Source: an uncultured Desulfosarcina sp.
Lineage (GTDB): Bacteria; Desulfobacterota; Desulfobacteria; Desulfobacterales; Desulfosarcinaceae
Assembly: GCA_963674945.2 (NCBI GenBank)
Contig: CAXXWQ010000003.1
Location: 128,001-192,000 of the forward strand
DNA: 64,000 nucleotides
Direction of reading: 5' to 3'
Shown here one piece after another: positions 27,257 to 37,343 of this stretch (its first letter is position 1; every line of letters starts with the position of its first letter). Below the pieces are notes generated by a model, which did no database searches, was not told where the DNA came from, and saw only the letters and a program-made list of their open reading frames with translations. A program made the position numbers and the translations under genes.

Positions 27257-28524
27257 TTCACACCTCCGACCGTCAACAACCTTCCGGCCAGCATTTGTTT
27301 GGCTTCATCAACCAGGCGGTTGAGCGTCTGAGGATCATCAATATGCAATATCGAATCATCACCAAATGCCTCTGATGGAATCTTGAGCTTTACTCCGGCA
27401 ACCACCTCTTTTAAACCGGAAATTTCTTCCGGCTTTGCGGGTGTCGCCAATATACCTTCTAACAGTTTACCGAATATGCTGCCTTCGGTTAATACCACAT
27501 CCATTTCTAGTTTGCTGGTTGTTGCGATCTCAACTTTTTCTATCCACAAATCATCTCCGGCAATTTCTGCACCAAGCGCTTTAATTCTTTGTTCGAATCG
27601 TTCGGGATAGGATGCGAGCTCATTTGAAACCGACGTGGCGCCTTCGAAACGAATACGCATGGCCATTGGCCTTCCGTCGGCCAATACTTTTTCATTGGCA
27701 ATGGAACTCCGCGCCCGCTCGAGCACCTGTGTCATATCGGATACATCCGAAAGGTCCACGGGGCAATTGACCCAACGCAAAACATCTAACGGATAGCTTT
27801 CGATTTCGCTTACGATGCCGTTCGCAACAGTTACGAGCACGCACCCCTTTGCACCGGTTTCGCGAATATGACGCCCCTGGATGCAGCCGGGGAAAACGAT
27901 ATGGGGGTCCTCGGACACGAATTCCTGCTTGTGAACGTGTCCCAAAGCCCAATATTGATAACCTTTTGCGCGCAGATCATCTGGGGTACACGGTGCATAG
28001 GGTGCATGGCCTTCGCGACCGTTGAGACTGGTGTGTAGGAGCCCGATGTTGAACATTCCTTTTTCAGCAGGGCCAAATTCAACCACGATGTTTTTATCCA
28101 CGTGCTGGGTACCAAAACTGCGCCCATGAATCGAAACCTTACACCTGTCCAACCTTATTGTTTCAACCTTTCTGGGCGAAAACATTTTCATGTTGGCCGG
28201 ATTATCAAGCGCTTTGGTCATGCGATTGGCCGCATCATGATTACCCGCAACCCCAAAAACTTGGATGCCATTTTGGCCAAGCCTTCCGATCTGTCGACTC
28301 AGAAATATTCCAGTGCTGTAGTCTTTCCAGTCTCCGTCGTACAGATCGCCTGCCAATAAAACAAATTCAACGTTTTCCTCTATCGCTACGTCTATGAGAT
28401 TTTTAAATGCGTTCCGGCAGGCATTGCGGAGAGAATCGACGGGGGCGGATTCGTATTTTGACAAACCACGCAATGGGCTGTCCAAGTGCACATCTGCCGC
28501 GTGGATAAATTTAAACATTTCCAT
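27253..28524 (-). CDS. YhaO/SbcD/Mre11-like metallophosphoesterase nuclease
   Basis: ADVHLD, AGDLYD, GNHD, LLH, WALGHVH, PGCIQGR; stop overlaps the ATPase start. Confidence 0.92.
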   Translation of the reverse strand: MEMFKFIHAADVHLDSPLRGLSKYESAPVDSLRNACRNAFKNLIDVAIEENVEFVLLAGDLYDGDWKDYSTGIFLSRQIGRLGQNGIQVFGVAGNHDAANRMTKALDNPANMKMFSPRKVETIRLDRCKVSIHGRSFGTQHVDKNIVVEFGPAEKGMFNIGLLHTSLNGREGHAPYAPCTPDDLRAKGYQYWALGHVHKQEFVSEDPHIVFPGCIQGRHIRETGAKGCVLVTVANGIVSEIESYPLDVLRWVNCPVDLSDVSDMTQVLERARSSIANEKVLADGRPMAMRIRFEGATSVSNELASYPERFEQRIKALGAEIAGDDLWIEKVEIATTSKLEMDVVLTEGSIFGKLLEGILATPAKPEEISGLKEVVAGVKLKIPSEAFGDDSILHIDDPQTLNRLVDEAKQMLAGRLLTVGGVK

Positions 28525-29360
28525 CTTTTCATCCATCCTGTTTCGTAGGCCAACAGCGGGAAAGTTTTCGCTAACCAATTGACATTACATAGATTATACC
28601 CTATAAAAAGGCATGGCACAAGCGTAATCCAATATGAAAGACCTTTTATCAGATGTTTCCTTTCTCTTCCCAGCCGTTTGTGATGAAATATTCATAAATG
28701 AGAAAATCATGACAATTTGTGTGGTGAATTACATGGACTGCGGAGGTTATTGCTGCCAGGCTGGAAAATGCATCGGATGCTTTTGAGCATCGCATTGTTC
28801 ATAAAACGGACGGACAATTGTGGGTACAAGGCCGCATCTACAAACTGGAAAGGGAGATCGCCGACCAAATCAATCTTGCGCGTCGCATCGTAGACAATCT
28901 CCGAACCAATATCCACAGGAAACTATGCGGCAGCAATACATTTGCATTGAGAAAAACGCTTCATCCTATAAGATTTGATTCAGATTTTAAGAGCCCATCC
29001 GTTTATCCTGCGTCCCCATTCAAATCTATTGAGCACAACGATCATTACAAATGCCAAACCGGCGGCAATACACGCTGAAATGAATTTAATCTTATGCATC
29101 TCGCCCCCTTTTCCGAAAATTTGCTGATAAAGTTCAGTCTGTTGATGCCTCCTCCACGGAATACTTTGTTTATCATTTTAGAAAGCAAAAAATATTCCAT
29201 AGACATTTTTTCCTTTTATTGTAAACTGTTACTGAAGATTAGAAATGTGATCAGAATAGGAAGTCGGTATAATGAGAGAAATTGCGATAAAAATATAACT
29301 TTTTTTACACAAATATTGAGAATTGGAAGAAATAAAGTAACAGCTCCGCAGTGTGATACG

Positions 29361-29387
29361 GGCAGAGCCACTTGGGGAGGCTCTGCC
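29361..29387. terminator. GC-rich hairpin downstream of the aqpZ remnant (possible terminator)
   Basis: GGCAGAGCC-N9-GGCTCTGCC perfect 9-bp stem; no clear poly-U tail. Confidence 0.4.
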
Positions 29388-29423
29388 GTTGTTATGGTTC
29401 AGGCAGGATCGATTTCATTGAAT

Positions 29424-29678
29424 TTAGATGTAAGGGAAAAGCTCTTTTGCCTGGAAGCGGCCACCGGCCCATAAACCAATGGATACAGCCGGATTAGGAT
29501 GACAACCGGAGATATGTCCGATGGCAAAAGCCATGGTTAGGACAGTCAAACCAAATGCCAGCGAAACGCCAAGGAACCCTATACCCAAATCCGGGAATGC
29601 CGCCGCCAGCACCGCACTGCCACACCCACCCAAAACCAGCCAAAATGTCCCAAAGAACTCCGCACCATACTTCTTCAT
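29424..29678 (-). pseudogene. aqpZ: Aquaporin Z, 3'-truncated (84 aa versus about 230)
   Basis: [21 protein letters not shown]...[12 protein letters not shown]...PYI then stop; only the first NPA; no AqpZ-like continuation seen; intact AAGGAGA RBS. Confidence 0.88.
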
Positions 29679-29843
29679 ATTTCTCTCCTTTTACAAGTGG
29701 CCCCGCAGAAAAATTGTTAGGTGGAACTTTTCGCCCTGTGACAATAAAAGGAAAGGAGAATGAGGCCAAATTTCAGCTCTCGCTGGCGGTCAATACCACC
29801 TCATTACTTCCGTTTCGAAAGAGGATCAGGTTGGAATGATGCA

Positions 29844-29872
29844 ATTAAAATGAAAAATCGAGCATCCGTCAA
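29844..29872 (-). promoter_or_regulatory. Sigma70-like promoter upstream of aqpZ
   Basis: Minus strand TTGACG-N17-TTTAAT. Confidence 0.55.
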
Positions 29873-30002
29873 CAATAAATAGGGGCAACAGTCGGTTGAA
29901 GCTTCTGTACACCTGTGACTTCGAAGATTCTAATTGCGCAATTATGGAGGCGTCCTGCAAGCCAAAGTGCCTCAAAATTATTCTTCTTGAGAGTGTAGCG
30001 TT

Positions 30003-31172
30003 TTATCGGTATCGCTCCATCACCCGCTTAAATCCCGGCATGGAATTGACGATGGTATCGTCATCTACGCAAAAGGCGATGCGAAAATACCCCGGATAGA
30101 GAAATCCTCTTCCCGGAACGGTAAGGATCAACTCCTTTTGCAGTTCCTGGACAAATGCCACATCGTCTTCGATGGGTGATTTTGGAAAAAGGTAAAACGC
30201 CCCCAAAGGTTCGAAAAATTCGTAGCCGGCATCACCGAGTCCATCGCACAGGAGTTTCCGCTTTCTGGCATAGGCATCGATATCCACATTGACCCCCTGC
30301 AGCTTGGAGATGACCCGCTGCATGATAGCCGGTGCGTTGACGAATCCCAAAATCTTCGAAGCCAACTTCATGCCCGCCATGACCTCCTTTTTGAAGGTTG
30401 CAGCGGGATTGATGGCGGCAAAACCGATTCGCTCTCCCGGTATGGACAGATCCTTGGAATAGGATGTGGCGATGATACTCTCCGGATAGGCCTTGAAAAT
30501 ACTCGGCACAGAATGGTTATCGAAAACGATTTTGCGATACGGCTCGTCCGATAACAGATAAATGGTACGACCGAAAGATTTGGCGCGCGATGCCAACAGT
30601 TCTCCCAAGGCGTTCAGATTCTTTTCTGAATAGATCTGACCGGAAGGATTGTTTGGCGAGTTGATGATCATAGCCTTTGTTTTTTCATTGATTGCCGAAG
30701 AGATGGCATCCAGATCCAGCTGGAAATCGGGCCGGCAATCGACAACCCTGCTGATGCCGTCATGATTGTCCACATACACCTGGTAATCCACAAACACCGG
30801 TTTGGTTAAAATCACCTCGTCGCCCGGATCGATCAGCGTTTTCAAAATGACATTCAGCGCACCGGCCGCGCCGAAAGTCATCATCACCTCATCGGCCGTC
30901 ACCGCCACTGCCTGCTCCTCACACAGGTATGCGGCTACGGCTTGACGAACGTGCTGATGATTTTCTGAATACATGGTACAATCATATTGCACTGCCGTTT
31001 CCCGCAAGGTCACGGTGAATTCGTCGGGTGGCGGCAGATTGGGATTTCCAAGGCTGAAATCGAATACATTTTTTTCACCGTGTTTTTCCTTTAACTTCCT
31101 ACCCTCTTCGAACATCTTACGGATCCATGAGGATCCTTTCATGGAGACTTCGATCTTCTTGGCGACGGTCAT
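30003..31172 (-). CDS. PLP-dependent aminotransferase class I/II (aspartate aminotransferase-like)
   Basis: SLGNP, INSPNNPSG, SDEPY, SYSKDLSIPGERIG. Confidence 0.93.
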   Translation of the reverse strand: MTVAKKIEVSMKGSSWIRKMFEEGRKLKEKHGEKNVFDFSLGNPNLPPPDEFTVTLRETAVQYDCTMYSENHQHVRQAVAAYLCEEQAVAVTADEVMMTFGAAGALNVILKTLIDPGDEVILTKPVFVDYQVYVDNHDGISRVVDCRPDFQLDLDAISSAINEKTKAMIINSPNNPSGQIYSEKNLNALGELLASRAKSFGRTIYLLSDEPYRKIVFDNHSVPSIFKAYPESIIATSYSKDLSIPGERIGFAAINPAATFKKEVMAGMKLASKILGFVNAPAIMQRVISKLQGVNVDIDAYARKRKLLCDGLGDAGYEFFEPLGAFYLFPKSPIEDDVAFVQELQKELILTVPGRGFLYPGYFRIAFCVDDDTIVNSMPGFKRVMERYR

Positions 31173-31361
31173 GTTTTTTCACCCCTTATCTGAATATCTG
31201 GAAAAATGATCATTTCTTGATGGGCACGGACTATACACTATTTTCATCAAAAAATTCCAAGGATTTTCTGTGCTTGTCCTCTTAATCCAAAAATCATGGC
31301 ATTCACGTCGATGCAGATCAATGGAGGGGTTTGACGCTGCACCATAGTTATCCGCCATCGA

Positions 31362-32585
31362 TTACGACATATCATGACCAGAAGACGGCGATCGCAGAAA
31401 ATGGGCCAAAAAGACGGCAAACAGGGTCAAGCAGGCGCACCCGACGAAGGCCACGTTGAAACTTCCGGTAAGATCGGCGATGGCGCCGGCCAACATTGGT
31501 CCGGTGATCTGCCCTACCCCGAAGAAAAGGGTCACGAAACCGAAAGCACGTACGGCCTGATCGGGTCCTGCATAGTCACCCACGGCGGCTGACATAATGG
31601 TGGGAATACTCCACGCAGCCAATCCGAAAATGGTAATGGAACCGAAAAGAAAAGGGTTGGAGAGGTTGGCTCCCACAAGGAAATAGGAGATGGTAAACAA
31701 GACGTAGACCACCTGCATTCCCACCTTGCGTCCCATGCGATCCGAAAGCCATCCGAAAAGGGGTCCGGAAAAAATGGAAAGCCCGCCAACAAAGGCCCAG
31801 AAGGTACCCGCGGCATCCTCCCCGAAACCCCGCTCATTTACCATGGTGGTTACGATAAAAGTGGCATAGACGGCATATGTCGCCCCGAACAGGGCGTAGA
31901 TACAGCCTAAATGAACCATGGTCCGCCGATGGACCTTTTTCTCTTTCACGGTCTTGCCCGGCAAAGGAACGTGGCGTCCCCCCATTTTGTCCAATGATTG
32001 CGACACTTCCGCGTCCGGCCGGTTTCGTAGAAAAAGTCCAGCCACCACGGCGATGCAAAGGGAGAAGATTCCGAGGATGCACCAATTGGTTCGCCATCCT
32101 TCGGCCCCCAACAGCCCGTTGATATTGGGGATAAAAAACCCCGCGAACACGATGGCAAAACCGTTCCCCATGATCATGGTTCCCGCTGCCCTACCCCGCT
32201 TGCTCCTGGGAAACCAGTGGGATACAAGCCCCATCATGGGAACATTGGCCAGACCAGAGCCCAGACCGGTTGCCGTGTAGAGAAGAAGGACATGGAAAAA
32301 TCCGGTGGCCATGCCGATAAGGGCCATGGAGGCGCCCACCAGCAAGAGGCCGATAAAGATGGTCCACCTTTCTCCGATCGTCCTTGCCATCATCCCGGCC
32401 ATAATAACGGCGACCATGTACCCCACGAAATTACCGGTGCCGATCAGTCCCATCTGCGAGTAGTTCAACGACAGGGAGAGCCCCATGGAGGGAAGCAGCA
32501 TGCCAAGTGAAAAACGCCCAATCCCCAGACAGGAGAAAAGTACGGCAACCCCTGTAAGGGCAATGACCCAGCCATAGTGGGCCAT
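31362..32585 (-). CDS. MFS transporter (YbfB/YjiJ-like)
   Basis: About 12 TM; GIGRFSLGMLLP, GWLSDRMGRK motif A, GQITGP; start uncertain. Confidence 0.88.
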   Translation of the reverse strand: MAHYGWVIALTGVAVLFSCLGIGRFSLGMLLPSMGLSLSLNYSQMGLIGTGNFVGYMVAVIMAGMMARTIGERWTIFIGLLLVGASMALIGMATGFFHVLLLYTATGLGSGLANVPMMGLVSHWFPRSKRGRAAGTMIMGNGFAIVFAGFFIPNINGLLGAEGWRTNWCILGIFSLCIAVVAGLFLRNRPDAEVSQSLDKMGGRHVPLPGKTVKEKKVHRRTMVHLGCIYALFGATYAVYATFIVTTMVNERGFGEDAAGTFWAFVGGLSIFSGPLFGWLSDRMGRKVGMQVVYVLFTISYFLVGANLSNPFLFGSITIFGLAAWSIPTIMSAAVGDYAGPDQAVRAFGFVTLFFGVGQITGPMLAGAIADLTGSFNVAFVGCACLTLFAVFLAHFLRSPSSGHDMS

Positions 32586-32643
32586 ATCTTTTCTCTTCAA
32601 TGGATTCGGCATTCTCCATGACGAGGACATAAGGATAGGGGAA

Positions 32644-33708
32644 TTACATCTTCTCGTACAATTGGATTATCTTTTGAGGCGTGAGTATTTTCTTGAAATC
32701 CGGTCCCAGGGTGCTGATCAGGTCCCGTTCCAACATATAGGCCAACTCCACCATCTTCTCCAATTGCTGCGATGTCAAACCTTTCGTGACGCCTTCTGGC
32801 ATCTGAATACCTTGTTTTTCAACCATCTTTTGAAACGTTACGACATCCTCACCATAGTATTCTTCCAGGTGTTTGAAGACGATGCTGTTGGCAATGCCAT
32901 GTCGATACCCCAGGATGTATGCAATACCGTAAGAGAGGGCATGGCAGATGCCCACCGATGAGTTGGCGATGGAACATCCCCCAAGGAAGGAGGCGACCAT
33001 GTAATCATCGTACTTTTTTTCCTTGAGAAAAAAGTCCTCGACTACAGATTTGGCCTGCATGGCAAAGGGTCTTCCCAAGGCATTCATGGCACTGCCGTGG
33101 GAGGCCTCCACACAGTGAATGAAGTTGTCCATTCCCGTGTAAAATTCCTGCTCCACCGGTACGGTACGAAGCAGCTCCGGGTCGAGCAAAATCGCATCAT
33201 AGATGCTGTATTCGCTGTTAATGCCGAGCTTTTTCACCGGTCCGGTCAAAACTGCCGTACGGGTGGCTTCCGCCCCTGTTCCCGCCAGGGTTGGCACGGC
33301 AATCTTCGGTAATGCTCTGTTTTTCACCAGATCCCACCCTTGATAGTCCACAGCCGATCCAGGGTTGGTCAGCAAAATGGACACCGCCTTGGCCACATCC
33401 ATCACACTGCCCCCGCCTATGCCCACGACAACCCGTGGCAGCTGCGACCCTTTCTTTTCCACAATGGCGGCACAGATATCATCGATATCAGCTGTTTTGG
33501 GTTCCCGGTCAGAAGCGTCGAACGACAAGACCATGTCCCCATTCGCCGGTTGCAGGCGGTCAGAAAGACCTGTCGTTCGGTGTATGGCGTCGATAATATA
33601 GACCGTATAGGATGAACTTTCGGGAAAACACTGGTCGATGAATCCATTTAAGTCCGCAAAGCGTTTTTCACCAAAAAGAACCTTTGGAACAAATCGTGTG
33701 ATCTTCAT
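32644..33708 (-). CDS. Iron-containing alcohol dehydrogenase family, KdnB-like (Kdo 8-oxidase-like)
   Basis: GGGSVMD, TNPGSAVDYQGWDL, GTGAEATRTAVL, FYTGMDNFIHCVE, CHALSYG...HG metal ligands; recalled similarity to KdnB. Confidence 0.8.
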   Translation of the reverse strand: MKITRFVPKVLFGEKRFADLNGFIDQCFPESSSYTVYIIDAIHRTTGLSDRLQPANGDMVLSFDASDREPKTADIDDICAAIVEKKGSQLPRVVVGIGGGSVMDVAKAVSILLTNPGSAVDYQGWDLVKNRALPKIAVPTLAGTGAEATRTAVLTGPVKKLGINSEYSIYDAILLDPELLRTVPVEQEFYTGMDNFIHCVEASHGSAMNALGRPFAMQAKSVVEDFFLKEKKYDDYMVASFLGGCSIANSSVGICHALSYGIAYILGYRHGIANSIVFKHLEEYYGEDVVTFQKMVEKQGIQMPEGVTKGLTSQQLEKMVELAYMLERDLISTLGPDFKKILTPQKIIQLYEKM

Positions 33709-33822
33709 TTTGTGCCTTGCATTTTCAGAAAAATGTTCACGTTACATGCCTTATAATGGATCGCATTGTACCTTAGGTTGAAAAGAAAAAAAAGGGGGTG
33801 TCGCCGATTGGTTGGAAAATCG

Positions 33823-33853
33823 TCATACGGACTCAAATTTCATGTCCGTGTGA
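33823..33853. promoter_or_regulatory. Inverted repeat upstream of the ModE-like operon (candidate operator)
   Basis: TCATACGGAC-N11-GTCCGTGTGA (9/10 match). Confidence 0.45.
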
Positions 33854-33962
33854 TCGATACGCAAAGCTATCCATCGCCATCAAGGTGACCTTGCTTTTGT
33901 CTCCAACCAAGAGTATATCGTACACGACCTCACACAAAAACGGAAGTGCAAGGCAAAAGAAT

Positions 33963-34376
33963 ATGAATCATCCATGGGAGATACGTTCCAAATTGTGGTT
34001 GGAATACGATGGGAAGCCGGTGATGGGAGAAGGCCGGAAAAATATGCTGCGATCCATTCATCGCAACGGCTCGATGAAGCTTGCCGCCAGCGAGACGGGA
34101 ATATCGTACCGACGACTCCGCGGTGCCATTCATGAGATGGAGGGTATCCTCGGCTATCCCCTCGTCATGATCCAAAGGGGAGGCGGCGGCGGTGGTGGAA
34201 GTGCAAGGCTAACCCAGAGAGCTCATAACCTATTGAAAACTTACGATAAGATAGCTTTCGGATTTCACAGAAAGGCAGATGTTCGCTTTGAAAAAATGAA
34301 GGATTTTTTTTCGACGTCGAATGGTAATTTCTACCACTCGGATCGTACGGGAGAGAACAACAATGAAGACGTTTGA
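33963..34376 (+). CDS. ModE-like winged-helix regulator (N-terminal domain only)
   Basis: KLWLE, GSMKLAASETGISYR, RGGGGGGSARLT; no TOBE domains. Confidence 0.85.
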   Translation: MNHPWEIRSKLWLEYDGKPVMGEGRKNMLRSIHRNGSMKLAASETGISYRRLRGAIHEMEGILGYPLVMIQRGGGGGGGSARLTQRAHNLLKTYDKIAFGFHRKADVRFEKMKDFFSTSNGNFYHSDRTGENNNEDV

Positions 34377-35001
34377 TCAATTATTGGAAGAATCGGTTGC
34401 ACGCCACGGCCATCTGTGCGCCGGCCAGGTAATCGGTGTTCGTATGGCAATGCTCGGTTGCAAGCTGGTGGGGATTGACGATCCCAATACGCCGGAAAAT
34501 AGAAAAAAGCTGATCACATACGTTGAGATTGATCGCTGCGCCACCGATGCCATCGAGAGCGTCACCGGTTGCAAACTGGGAAGACGCTCGCTGAAATTCA
34601 AAGATTTCGGCATCAACGCCGCCACATTCGTCAATCTGGAAACGCGTGAAGCCTACCGGATTGTATCCACGGAACATTCACGCCAGCGGGCCGCCGATTT
34701 CGCACCGGGTGCGTCCACGGTGAAAGCGCAGCAATTGGAGGGCTATAAAAATATGCCCGATGACCTTTTATTCGACATTCAACGTGTGGGCGTCCGCCTG
34801 CCGGAATGGGAAATGCCGGGTCCGCCACGCCGGCACGCCGTCTGCGATCGATGCGGGCAGGTGGTACGGGACGGAAGGGAAATACAATCCAATGGCAAGA
34901 CCCTTTGCCGCCCTTGTGGCGAAGAATGCTACTTTTATCGTAAGGAGGAATCGACATCGGATGACCAGCGCAAACGCTCTGCAGAGGAGGCATGGACATG
35001 A
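34363..35001 (+). CDS. FmdE-family protein with C-terminal zinc finger
   Basis: HGHLCAG, EIDRCATDAI, GCKLGRRSL, CDRC...CRPC. Confidence 0.9.
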   Translation: MKTFDQLLEESVARHGHLCAGQVIGVRMAMLGCKLVGIDDPNTPENRKKLITYVEIDRCATDAIESVTGCKLGRRSLKFKDFGINAATFVNLETREAYRIVSTEHSRQRAADFAPGASTVKAQQLEGYKNMPDDLLFDIQRVGVRLPEWEMPGPPRRHAVCDRCGQVVRDGREIQSNGKTLCRPCGEECYFYRKEESTSDDQRKRSAEEAWT

Positions 35002-36026
35002 TCCAAGTCGTCGAAATCGAAAAAGCCGTGGGCTATCCACTGGCCCATGACATAACGGAAATCAGGCCCGGTGAGTTCAAAGGACCGGCCTTCCTAAAAG
35101 GATATATTCTGAAAGACAAGGATTTGGATCATCTGCGCCGTCTGGGAAAACAGCATCTTTACATAATCAAGCCGGAAATCGACGAAATGCATGAGGACGA
35201 AGCCGCCGTTGAACTCGCCAGTGCCTTGTGCGGCAGCGGCGTCGGCTGGAACGATGCGCCCCGGGAGGGGAAACTCAGCTTGCATGCCACGCGCGACGGG
35301 TTGTTGAAAGTGGACACGGAAGCCCTTTTCCGGTTCAACATGTTCGGAGAGGTGATGTGCGCCACCCGCCACACCAACACCATCGTACGAAAGGGCCAGC
35401 AGGTTGCCGCAACGCGGGCCATCCCGCTGCTGGTGCCCCGACACATCGTTTCTTGTGCCGTGAACGCCGCCAACACCGCAACATCGGGGGTACTTTCCGT
35501 CGTTCCCATGAAAAAGGCCAAGGCCGGCGTCATGATCACCGGAAACGAGGTGTATTATGGCCGTATCAAGGACAAATTTGAATCGATCGTTCGGAAAAAG
35601 ATCGCAGAAATGGATGGAGAGATCGTGGATGTGATTTTCCTTCCGGACGAGGATGATAAGATTGCCGGTGCCGCAAAAGAATTGGCGGGCAAAGGGATCA
35701 ACCTGCTCATCAGCACGGGGGGCATGTCCGTCGACCCGGATGACCGAAGCCGCCATGCCCTTGAAAAGGCGGGGGTCATAGACATGGTCTATGGCTCTCC
35801 CGTACTGCCCGGTGCCATGTTTATGGTGGCCTATCTGAATGAAATCCCGGTCCTTGGAATACCGGCATGCGGGATGTATGCGGCGCGCACCATATTGGAT
35901 TTGATTCTCCCCCGTGTACTGGCCGGCGAAAAAATCACAAGAAGGGAAATCGCGATGCTCGGTCACGGCGGATTGTGTCTGAACTGTACGACCTGCAATT
36001 TTCCCGTCTGCCCTTTAGGTAAATGA
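34992..36026 (+). CDS. Molybdopterin-binding protein (MoeA-like, MoCF domain, Cys-rich tail)
   Basis: LAHDITEI, TGNEV, TGGMSVDPDD, PVLPG, GGLCLNC..CNFPVC. Confidence 0.85.
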   Translation: MDMIQVVEIEKAVGYPLAHDITEIRPGEFKGPAFLKGYILKDKDLDHLRRLGKQHLYIIKPEIDEMHEDEAAVELASALCGSGVGWNDAPREGKLSLHATRDGLLKVDTEALFRFNMFGEVMCATRHTNTIVRKGQQVAATRAIPLLVPRHIVSCAVNAANTATSGVLSVVPMKKAKAGVMITGNEVYYGRIKDKFESIVRKKIAEMDGEIVDVIFLPDEDDKIAGAAKELAGKGINLLISTGGMSVDPDDRSRHALEKAGVIDMVYGSPVLPGAMFMVAYLNEIPVLGIPACGMYAARTILDLILPRVLAGEKITRREIAMLGHGGLCLNCTTCNFPVCPLGK

Positions 36027-36027
36027 T

Positions 36028-37272
36028 ATGGAGGAAAGTGAGATCACAACAAACATGAACAAAACGCTTTCGCTCGGCCTCGACCAGGCCTTGAAAATCA
36101 CCCTCGACAGGGTTCAACCATTGCCGACTGTTCGCGTCGAACTGCTCGACGGTCTTGGTCACGCACTTGCAGCGGATATCGTTGCAAAGGTTGATTCACC
36201 CTCCATCGATGCCTCCATGAAAGATGGATTTGCCGTGATTTCCGAAGAGATCGAGGCTGCAACCGCCAGTCGCCCCGTCCGGCTGAAACTGATCGATATG
36301 ATTTCAGCCGGAGAAGGCAGATCGATTCACGTGCTGCCGGGAACCGCCGTACGTGTCCTTACCGGCGCCAAAATTCCAATTGGTGCGGATGCGGTCGTTT
36401 CCGAGGAGTTTACCGAAACCGATGGCGATACACTCACGGTTTCCAACCATGCAAAACCGGGGAGAAACATTCTTCCCAAAGGAAGTGATGTCGCCACGGG
36501 CGAAATCGTTTGTACAAAAGGAAGCGTTTTGTCACCCGGTATCGTGGGGATGCTTGCCGCCGCCGGACATAGCCGGATCCCCGTCGTGAAACGACCGACC
36601 GTCGCCGTCGTGGCCACGGGAGATGAGGTCGTGGCACCGGGACAGTCGTTGCCGGAGGGAAAACTGTATGCCAGCAACATGACCACCCTTGGCGGTTGGT
36701 GCCGAAGATACGGTTTTCAAATTCAGTTGGACGTGGTGAAGGACAAGTACGAATCCATCTACGCCCTATTGAAAAGACATACAGAAACCGCCGATGCGAT
36801 CGTCACCTCCGGCGGTGCATGGACCGGTGACAGGGACCTGGTTGCCAAGGTACTGGATCGACTCGGCTGGCAAAAGGCATTTCACCGGATTCGGATCGGC
36901 CCCGGAAAGGCCGTGGGTTTCGGTGTGCTGCATGATAAACCGGTGTTCATTCTTCCCGGAGGTCCTCCATCCAATCTCATGGGCTTTCTTCAAATCGCCC
37001 TGCCAGGGCTGCTGAGACTGGCCGGTCACAAAAAAACGGACCTTCCCATCATCCACGCGCGAATGGCTACTGAACTCAACGGGCGGAATGCGGACTGGAC
37101 CCAGTTTATCTACGGGACCCTGGAAAACAACGGCGATACACCGGTGTTTCGATCGTTGAAGGAAAAAAGTCGCCTGCGCTCCATGGCCGAAGCCCAGGCC
37201 ATTGTGGCGATCCCGGAAGGGAAAACGAAAATCGAAGCAAATGCGATCGTCCCTGTTCAATGGCTGGAATAG
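36028..37272 (+). CDS. moeA: Molybdopterin molybdotransferase MoeA
   Basis: SMKDGFAV, VLTGA, ATGDEV, TSGG, PGK, LPGGP. Confidence 0.88.
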   Translation: MEESEITTNMNKTLSLGLDQALKITLDRVQPLPTVRVELLDGLGHALAADIVAKVDSPSIDASMKDGFAVISEEIEAATASRPVRLKLIDMISAGEGRSIHVLPGTAVRVLTGAKIPIGADAVVSEEFTETDGDTLTVSNHAKPGRNILPKGSDVATGEIVCTKGSVLSPGIVGMLAAAGHSRIPVVKRPTVAVVATGDEVVAPGQSLPEGKLYASNMTTLGGWCRRYGFQIQLDVVKDKYESIYALLKRHTETADAIVTSGGAWTGDRDLVAKVLDRLGWQKAFHRIRIGPGKAVGFGVLHDKPVFILPGGPPSNLMGFLQIALPGLLRLAGHKKTDLPIIHARMATELNGRNADWTQFIYGTLENNGDTPVFRSLKEKSRLRSMAEAQAIVAIPEGKTKIEANAIVPVQWLE

Positions 37273-37343
37273 CGCATATTCAAAAAGCCGACAGTTTTCT
37301 GGACGGACATTTCAACAAAAAAAACGACATTTTCTTCTCCTTT

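Noticed and set aside
28784..28804. Selenocysteine read-through of the small Cys-rich ORF
   Set aside because: Only five more codons follow before TAA, and no SECIS-like hairpin is evident
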